Of a stretch of DNA of 64,000 nucleotides, positions 57,683 to 64,000 are shown piece by piece. A model generated the notes under the pieces. That model worked only from the letters and a program-made list of their open reading frames with translations. It searched no databases and was not told where the DNA came from. Every line of letters begins with the position of its first letter. Positions within the stretch are counted from its first letter, which is position 1. Source of the stretch: Candidatus Marinacidobacterium sp. GTDB lineage: Bacteria > Acidobacteriota > Vicinamibacteria > Marinacidobacterales > Marinacidobacteraceae. Where the stretch lies: positions 1,056,001-1,120,000 of the forward strand of contig OZ244852.1 of NCBI GenBank assembly GCA_965220965.1, in the 5' to 3' direction. The position numbers and the translations under genes were made by a program.

Positions 57683-60283
57683 CTACTCTCCGACCAGGGC
57701 GTTGAAGAACAGCTTGAACGTCCCGTGGGTCTGCGCCCGGTGCTGCGCGCGGAACCCGATCATCACGATCGTCCCGTCGCCGTGCTCCACGGACACCATC
57801 CCCGCCTTGTTGGCGATGGCTTCCTCGCCGAGCAGCCAGCCGCTCTGGAGGATGTCGCGGTCCACGTAGGTCAGGACCCGGTGGACCCGGTCGCTGTGCG
57901 GCCCGGGAATCGTCTCGTAGACCTGTCCCCCGGCGAGGTAGGCGATGAGCGCGTCCTCCGGCATCCCGTAGGCGTAGGGGCTCGCCGTGTCCACATCGAC
58001 CCGGAGGGTGGACCCCGGCGCCCAGAACCCGTCGCCCCACATGCCCGCGACCGCGTCGCGCACCGGGACGTCGAACTCGTCGAGGACGAGCTGTCCGGCC
58101 TGGGCGAAGGTCACGAGCGTGCCGCCGTTCTGAACGAACGCCTCGAGCGCCTCGACCCCCTCGGCGCCGAAGCCGCTCTGATAGTCCGGCGGCGTGAGGC
58201 CCGGATCGGAACGCCCCAGCATCATCTCCTTCGAGTCGGCGGGGAGGACGATCACGTCCCAGCGCTCGTGGAGGTCGCCGGCGAGGATCTCCGGATCGAA
58301 CAGGCTGGTGTATTCGAAGTCGAACATCTCGAGCAGCAGCCGGGTCCAGCCCTCGTCCATGTTGCCGCCGTAGTAGCGCTGGTACATCCCGATCCGCTGT
58401 TGGGATAGCGGGGTTCCCGAGGACAGCGCCTCCGCCGAAATCGCGCTGAAGTCCACTCCGGTGGCCTCCGCCACCTCTTCGAGCGTCGCCGCCGCGACCC
58501 CGGGCGCCACCAGGAAGTCGCCGCGGTGGACCCCGTCCCCGTCCTCGGTGGCGCGCCGGACCGAAGCCTCCGCGCCGAACAGCAGGTTGACCGCCCGGAA
58601 CGCGTCATTCAGCGCGCCGTCGATCCGGTAGCCGCCGGGCGCCGAGGAGGCGACGGACCCCGCAGCGAGCATGCGGTCGGAAACCACCTCGAGGTCCGCT
58701 TCGACCGGCGTCCTCGCCTCGTCGACCCGCACCCCCATGAACTCTGCGAGGACATCGCCCGACATGTCGTAGGGCCGGATCGGGTCGCCGTCGGCGGTCC
58801 GGGTGTAGCTGTTGTCCGGGTAGAAGGTCCGGCCGAGCAGCCAGCGGATGACCCCGCGCTTCGGCTGCGCCAGCGAGATGACCCAGCTCCCCGGCCCGTA
58901 GACCCGCCCCTCGTGCGTGAACCCTGACGGCGAGCGCTCGACGGTGATCCCCTGGAGGAGCAGCTTGTCGACCATCTTCCCCATCGTGAGCGGGTCGTGC
59001 TGACTGGCGGGGACGATGTAGGCCTTCACCTCGTCCTCGGCGCCGCGCCGGATCTGGCGGCTGCTCTTGTTCCAGGCGTTTCGCAGGACGATCTCGCGGT
59101 TCCGGGCGGCGATCTCGAGCGGCGAGAAGGTGGCGACGATCTGGCGGTCCACGATGTCGCGCACCCGCCACCAGCCGCCCGGCCACGGGTTCGGGAAGGT
59201 CGTCTGCGCCTCGTACTCGGGCAACTGGCGCGAGCCCCGCAACTGGTCCGGGTGGACATAGAGCGGCGTCGCCAGCCGCGCGCTCGCCGACTCGGTGAGC
59301 ATCCCGGCGATGTTGTGGAAGGGGGTGATCCAGTGGAATCCGAAGTGCCCCCAGCCGGAGTAGATCGCGGCGTTCACCGTGCCCTCGAAGCCCTCTTCCT
59401 CCATCCGGTAGGCCATGTGGGCGCCGTACCAGGCCATTTCTCGCCAGACGATCGGGTCCCCGCCCGGGCGGATCGGCTCGGCGTAGGGCGGCAGGTAGAT
59501 GCGCGCGGTGTAGGCGCCCATCTGGTGGTGGTCGATGAACCCCTGCGGGATCCACTCCCGGAAGAGGACATCGGCGGCGTAGCGCGACTCGACCGTGTTC
59601 TGCATGAAGGCGTCGCGGTTGTTGTCGTGCCCGATGTAGTGGTGGTACAGCCCCGGCGGGCCCGCGCCCTCGTGCTCGGTCCCGACCCAGCGGTCGTACC
59701 ACTCGTTCACCAGGTCCACGCCGTCCGGGTTCAGGGCGGGGAAGAGGATGGAGATCGTGTTGTCGAGGATCTCGTGGATCCCGGGGTCGTCGCGGGTCGC
59801 GAAGAGCCACGCGATCTCGGCGGCCGCCTGGCTGGCGGCGACTTCCGTCGAGTGGAGTGCGTAGGCCTGGACGAAGACGACCTTCCCATCGGAAATGGCC
59901 GAGGCGATTTCCTCCTCGGAGTGGCCGCGCGGATCCTGCAGGACCGCGTTCATCCGCTGAAACTCGTCGAGCCGCGCCAGATTCTCCGGGGACGAAACGA
60001 ACAGCACGAGGAACGGCCGCCCGAGCGTCGAATTCCCCACGTTCACGACCTGAACCCGGTCGCTCGCCTCGCCGATCAGCTCGTAGTACTCGACGAGCGG
60101 GGCCCAGTGGACGAGCTTGCGGTCCGCGCCCATTTGGTGGCCGAAGAACTCCTCGGGGGAGGGGATCTGGGCCGTAGCCAGTCCCGCCGGGAGCAGCGCG
60201 AAGAGCGCGGCGCCCAGGAAGGCGGACCGGACGAGCATCCGGTGTCGGGGAAGGGGAGTGCGGAGGGAGCGGGAAGTCGTCAT
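57683..60283 (-). CDS. Secreted M14 zinc carboxypeptidase-family protein
   Basis: PSPEEFFG, HSTE, NPDG, HDNNRD, DHHQMG, C-terminal GATase-like region (MDEGWTR, FVQNGGTL). Confidence 0.88.
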   Translation of the reverse strand: MTTSRSLRTPLPRHRMLVRSAFLGAALFALLPAGLATAQIPSPEEFFGHQMGADRKLVHWAPLVEYYELIGEASDRVQVVNVGNSTLGRPFLVLFVSSPENLARLDEFQRMNAVLQDPRGHSEEEIASAISDGKVVFVQAYALHSTEVAASQAAAEIAWLFATRDDPGIHEILDNTISILFPALNPDGVDLVNEWYDRWVGTEHEGAGPPGLYHHYIGHDNNRDAFMQNTVESRYAADVLFREWIPQGFIDHHQMGAYTARIYLPPYAEPIRPGGDPIVWREMAWYGAHMAYRMEEEGFEGTVNAAIYSGWGHFGFHWITPFHNIAGMLTESASARLATPLYVHPDQLRGSRQLPEYEAQTTFPNPWPGGWWRVRDIVDRQIVATFSPLEIAARNREIVLRNAWNKSSRQIRRGAEDEVKAYIVPASQHDPLTMGKMVDKLLLQGITVERSPSGFTHEGRVYGPGSWVISLAQPKRGVIRWLLGRTFYPDNSYTRTADGDPIRPYDMSGDVLAEFMGVRVDEARTPVEADLEVVSDRMLAAGSVASSAPGGYRIDGALNDAFRAVNLLFGAEASVRRATEDGDGVHRGDFLVAPGVAAATLEEVAEATGVDFSAISAEALSSGTPLSQQRIGMYQRYYGGNMDEGWTRLLLEMFDFEYTSLFDPEILAGDLHERWDVIVLPADSKEMMLGRSDPGLTPPDYQSGFGAEGVEALEAFVQNGGTLVTFAQAGQLVLDEFDVPVRDAVAGMWGDGFWAPGSTLRVDVDTASPYAYGMPEDALIAYLAGGQVYETIPGPHSDRVHRVLTYVDRDILQSGWLLGEEAIANKAGMVSVEHGDGTIVMIGFRAQHRAQTHGTFKLFFNALVGE

Positions 60284-60680
60284 GTCGGAACCGGGGATCG
60301 TGTCAGAAGCGGCGGGGTGGACGGCCCGGTCGGAAGGAGGGCGCCGCCGGAGGACCGCACGGCGCGGTCAGGCGGAGAGATCCCCGGGCGCTTCGTCAGG
60401 TTCTTCCATCGCGCGATCGAGGGCCTCGCGAATCGCGGAGATCATCTGGGCGAAGGTCAGGACGGCCCCGCCGTGAAGCTTGATCGCCGCCACACCGACA
60501 GGTACGCCTCGTGAGCCCCGAGACGCCCGCGGGACCCCGTCCGGCCGGACGTCCGGGAAGAGGGGTTCCCGGAGGCGGAAGTCACCGCGGCGACTCTCCG
60601 CTACGCTAACCCCCCTCTTTGCGCCGTGGCGGCCACCGTCGGCGCCTGAGCGCGCCCCCAACTGACCCGCGGAGGTCCCA

Positions 60681-61304
60681 ATGACGAACTCTGACCCCTC
60701 GAAACGAGACGCGAGCAAGGACTCCCTGCACTCTTTGTTTCGGGAGAAACTGATCGAACACTTTCTGGTGGGCGAGTTGCTCAAGCACTCCTGGTCACGA
60801 GGGGATTGCGCGCTCGAGATCTCCCGACCCGAAGTCGACCGGGCAGGCTACGACCTGGTGGCCGAACATGGCGATGTCCTGCGGCACATTCAACTGAAGG
60901 CATCACGGCAGGGCGCGGCGACCGGAAAGCTCAACATCCATCTCGACCTTGCGAAGAAACCCTCCGCGTGCGTCGTCTGGGTCGTCTTTGACGAGGATTC
61001 GCTCGCCCTTACTGAATTTCGGTTCTTCGGAGAGGAGCCTGGACAGAGACTGGCGTGCCTCTGCGACCACGAGGTCGCGAAGCACACGAAGGCCAATGCG
61101 GATGGAGTCAAGACCGAACGACCCAACCTCCGTGTGCTGAGGAAGAAGCACTTTCGCGAGCTGAGCGGAGTCAAGGAGCTGTGGTCCGCGCTGTTCGGTG
61201 CGGAGCAACCTGTCGAGGAACCGGATTCATCCACGTGTCCGAAGTGCGGCGGCGAAGACCGAGCGCCGGCCATGACGTCGGTCTCAACGGAGGAGTCACA
61301 CTAG
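60681..61304 (+). CDS. Putative PD-(D/E)XK-fold nuclease
   Basis: E...VDRAGYDLV...RHIQLK; GGAGG RBS; more A/T-rich codons than the flanks. Confidence 0.6.
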   Translation: MTNSDPSKRDASKDSLHSLFREKLIEHFLVGELLKHSWSRGDCALEISRPEVDRAGYDLVAEHGDVLRHIQLKASRQGAATGKLNIHLDLAKKPSACVVWVVFDEDSLALTEFRFFGEEPGQRLACLCDHEVAKHTKANADGVKTERPNLRVLRKKHFRELSGVKELWSALFGAEQPVEEPDSSTCPKCGGEDRAPAMTSVSTEESH

Positions 61305-61383
61305 CGCGATATAGCCGCGAAATCAGGGAGACAGCGCCTGGTCCGGCCGCGACCAGTACCGCGCCGCTCGGTGCCGACGCTCT

Positions 61384-63999
61384 TCAGACCGGGGGGCTCG
61401 CCCGCGCAACCAGCTCGGAGAGCTTGTAGTTCACGCTTGTAACGCCAAAGTCCGGTTCCTGACTGAAGGGGTGCTTCAGATAAAGGACCTCCTCCCGGCC
61501 ATCCTCGTGAAACAGGACGAGGGCGAGGATGAACTCCCGGGGCTTGTTGAGGGCGGTGAGGATCTCGTTGCGCGTGACGGTCACTGTCTCGGCGGTCGCG
61601 ATCCTCCCCTTGACCTCGATGAAGCGCAGCCTCCTGGTGTTGGGGTTGAAGCTCTCGATGTCGTAACCGAGCTTCTCGGTCTCGCGGTCCACCGGCTCGA
61701 AGCCAAGCTCCCGCTCTGCCGCCATCACCGCGCGACGCGCTCGCGCCGCAGAGGTCTGCGTATCGACTGGCGGTGCTGGTTGGTGCCCGGTTCCGTGGAT
61801 CTCATCCAGAAGACCCCGAGGGACCACGACGAACGCCCCGGTCACTGTGGGAGACGCCGGCGAAATGCGCCTTTGCTCGTCCAACTGCCGTAGCCGGGCC
61901 TCCATGCGCCTCCGAAGCTCGTCCGCCGTCTGCTGCGCCTGGCTTGCGTTCATCCGGGCCACGGGATCGTCGGCGCGCTTTCCGGCTGCGAGTTCCTGGG
62001 CCCGGCGATCCCAATGAGCGATTTCCCGCTCCAGCCGCTTCTTCACCTCGGCGGCCGTCTTCCGGAGAAGCTCCACCCGCGTCTCGGTCACCTCGTTGAA
62101 ATGGTCGGGAACCACGGCCGCGATCGCGTGGTCGCGCGCCCGCTCCTGGAGACTGCTGCCGATCCACTCGAATTCCGGCCGAGACAGGAGCTCGCTGGCG
62201 GCGGGCTCGTCGGGCGCCAGCGGACGAAAGTCGAGGTACGGGGCCGGTCCGAGCCCGCGGATCGAGTCCCGGTCCATTTCGACGGTGACCATCCGCTCGC
62301 TCAGGACCCTCGGCTTGTCACCGTCGACGCGGCCCTCCCGGACTTCGTGCGACAGCGTGACGACGACGCGCGGCTCGGTCCCGTCGTCCAGGTCGTCCAC
62401 CAGCACGGCCCCCTGGCGCAGCACGGGCCCGTACCGCTCCTTCGTCCAACGGACTACGGCGTCGAGCAGCGGATGGCCGGGCGCAAGGAACTCCGCCGAC
62501 GGTTTCCCGTCCACCTGGATGCGACTCTTGTCGAAGGCGACCCGCTCGTAGCGTCGTACGACGGGCTTCTTCCGACCACTCGCGATGGCCTTGCCAACCT
62601 CCCGGATGGCCTGCGGCACATGAGTGATCTGCCAGCGGTCCGTTTCGCGGCCCCGCAACGAGCCGCCGGCGCGGTCCAGGGCATGGCGGAAGAAGGAGCC
62701 AATGAAGTGGGGCTGGAGTCTTCGCGCCTCGGCGCGCTCCATCTCGGCCCGGATGGCCTCGACGCGGGACGTGTCCATGACTTCGCCCGCGAGGGCTCCC
62801 TCCCTGATGAGGCGCCTCAGGTGCGCCGTGTCCACCACGTCGTCGACCACACGTTCCAGATGGAGTCTCGCTTCGGGACGCTCCCCGTACCGGATCGCCT
62901 CGATGAGCAGCTCTCCCAGCGGCTTTCCCTCGAACGCAAGGTTTCCGAGCACGTCGAACACCTGTCCGCCGAGCGTCTGTCGCGCCTGCCCCAGTTTCTC
63001 GAGCAGCCGCTCGTAGACGGCGCCCTCCCGCGTGTCCTTCGCCACCAGATTCCAGAGATGGCAGGTCTCCCGCTGTCCGATCCGGTGGATGCGGCCGAAG
63101 CGCTGCTCCAGCCGGTTGGGGTTCCAGGGCAGGTCGTAGTTGACCATGAGGTGCGCCCGCTGCAGGTTGATGCCTTCCCCGGCGGCGTCGGTCGCGAGCA
63201 GGACCCGCACCTGGGGGTCATGCAGGAACCGCTCCTGGGACTCCCGCCTGGACCGCCGGTCCATCCCGCCATGGATCATCGCGACCGCCTGCGGCCGACC
63301 GAACCGCGTTTCGATGCGGGCCTGAAGCGCGTCCAGGGTCGCACGGTGCTCGGTGAACACAACGAGCTTGCGGGGTGCCGACTCTGACGCTGGCGGAAGC
63401 GCTTCCAGGCCGGCGATCCTCTGCCTGGCGCTCGTTCGCCGTGACGGTCCGCCGCCGAAGAGTTCGTCGAGAAGACCGCGAAGTTCGCTCCATTTCGTGT
63501 CCTTCCCGCTCTGGACCACCTTCTGCGCCCGGAGTTCCAGTTTTCGGAGCGCCGCGATCTCCTGCTGGAGCTCTTCGACGGTCCTCGCGGCCGTCGCCTG
63601 GTCGAGAACCCGCTCCTCCTCGGCCTCGACTTCGTCCTCGGGAAACTCGTCGAGGTCTTCGAGGAAGTCCTCGGCGATATGGCGGATCCGGTCGGGCCGC
63701 CGCGCTTTCCCCCCGCCGCTCTCCAGCTCTTCCCGCTGGGCGTCCAGACGCTCGCGACGCCGGCGGAGCGAAGCGTGGATGGCTTCCGGTGACGAGGCCA
63801 GCCGCCGCTGCAGCACCGTGAGGGCAAACCCGACGGTCCTCCTCCGACCGGAACTACCGACACGGTCAGCGCGGTTGAACTCCTCCCGGACGTAGCTGGT
63901 GACGGCCTCGTAGAGCTCCTTCTCGGCGCCGCTCAGCTCGTAGGGGATCGTGTGGGCGATGCGCTCGGGGAACAGCGGCTTGCTGTCGAACCGGAGGAG
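61384..63999 (-). CDS. SNF2-family helicase with C-terminal DUF3883 nuclease-like domain (5' partial)
   Basis: Frame open to the window edge (PLFPER...QRRLASS); VFTEH, ATDAAGEGINLQ, NYDLPWNPNRLEQRFGRIHRIGQ; GYDIES...FIEVKG...TRNE. Confidence 0.92.
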   Translation of the reverse strand, partial: LLRFDSKPLFPERIAHTIPYELSGAEKELYEAVTSYVREEFNRADRVGSSGRRRTVGFALTVLQRRLASSPEAIHASLRRRRERLDAQREELESGGGKARRPDRIRHIAEDFLEDLDEFPEDEVEAEEERVLDQATAARTVEELQQEIAALRKLELRAQKVVQSGKDTKWSELRGLLDELFGGGPSRRTSARQRIAGLEALPPASESAPRKLVVFTEHRATLDALQARIETRFGRPQAVAMIHGGMDRRSRRESQERFLHDPQVRVLLATDAAGEGINLQRAHLMVNYDLPWNPNRLEQRFGRIHRIGQRETCHLWNLVAKDTREGAVYERLLEKLGQARQTLGGQVFDVLGNLAFEGKPLGELLIEAIRYGERPEARLHLERVVDDVVDTAHLRRLIREGALAGEVMDTSRVEAIRAEMERAEARRLQPHFIGSFFRHALDRAGGSLRGRETDRWQITHVPQAIREVGKAIASGRKKPVVRRYERVAFDKSRIQVDGKPSAEFLAPGHPLLDAVVRWTKERYGPVLRQGAVLVDDLDDGTEPRVVVTLSHEVREGRVDGDKPRVLSERMVTVEMDRDSIRGLGPAPYLDFRPLAPDEPAASELLSRPEFEWIGSSLQERARDHAIAAVVPDHFNEVTETRVELLRKTAAEVKKRLEREIAHWDRRAQELAAGKRADDPVARMNASQAQQTADELRRRMEARLRQLDEQRRISPASPTVTGAFVVVPRGLLDEIHGTGHQPAPPVDTQTSAARARRAVMAAERELGFEPVDRETEKLGYDIESFNPNTRRLRFIEVKGRIATAETVTVTRNEILTALNKPREFILALVLFHEDGREEVLYLKHPFSQEPDFGVTSVNYKLSELVARASPPV

Positions 64000-64000
64000 C

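Noticed and set aside
60290-60680. Possible gene remnant, tRNA or att site at the island boundary (ORF 60368-60784)
   Set aside because: No tRNA fold, direct repeat or recognisable protein motif; cannot be supported.

Overview
A very GC-rich, tightly packed chromosomal window from a diderm bacterium. Tol-Pal, TRAP, lipoproteins, secreted VWA/TPR pairs and many exported peptidases suggest Acidobacteriota, but this is inference only. Gene order: thiolase; an SSB with two OB folds; tolQ-tolR-tolA-tolB-pal-cpoB; glpK with a D-aminoacylase; M24 peptidase; a PotABCD-like ABC operon containing a MmgE/PrpD gene; a Cys-rich membrane microprotein; cupin; membrane alpha/beta-hydrolase; RibD-C plus a Zn dehydrogenase; ppk1; SDR and YbaK; a three-gene exported metal/heme module; the moxR-DUF58-batABCDE operon; two paralogous TPR-like+VWA cassettes flanking osmC-fabF; radical SAM; DmpA; TRAP with a non-canonical M20; an orphan antitoxin; a QueG/RdhA-like Fe-S protein; AAA+/DUF4143; VOC; a Tsx-like porin behind three LacI-type boxes; M14 peptidase; and the edge of a probable defence island (PD-(D/E)XK-like nuclease plus SNF2-DUF3883 helicase). 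The strongest non-coding signal is a pair of 184 and 202 bp fold-back MITE-like elements with covarying 20-bp terminal inverted repeats. Precise removal restores the tolQ/tolR junction in one case and an uninterrupted SDR frame in the other. I found no tRNA, rRNA or CRISPR array. All calls come from motif recognition by eye, with no database searches, and many start codons are best guesses.
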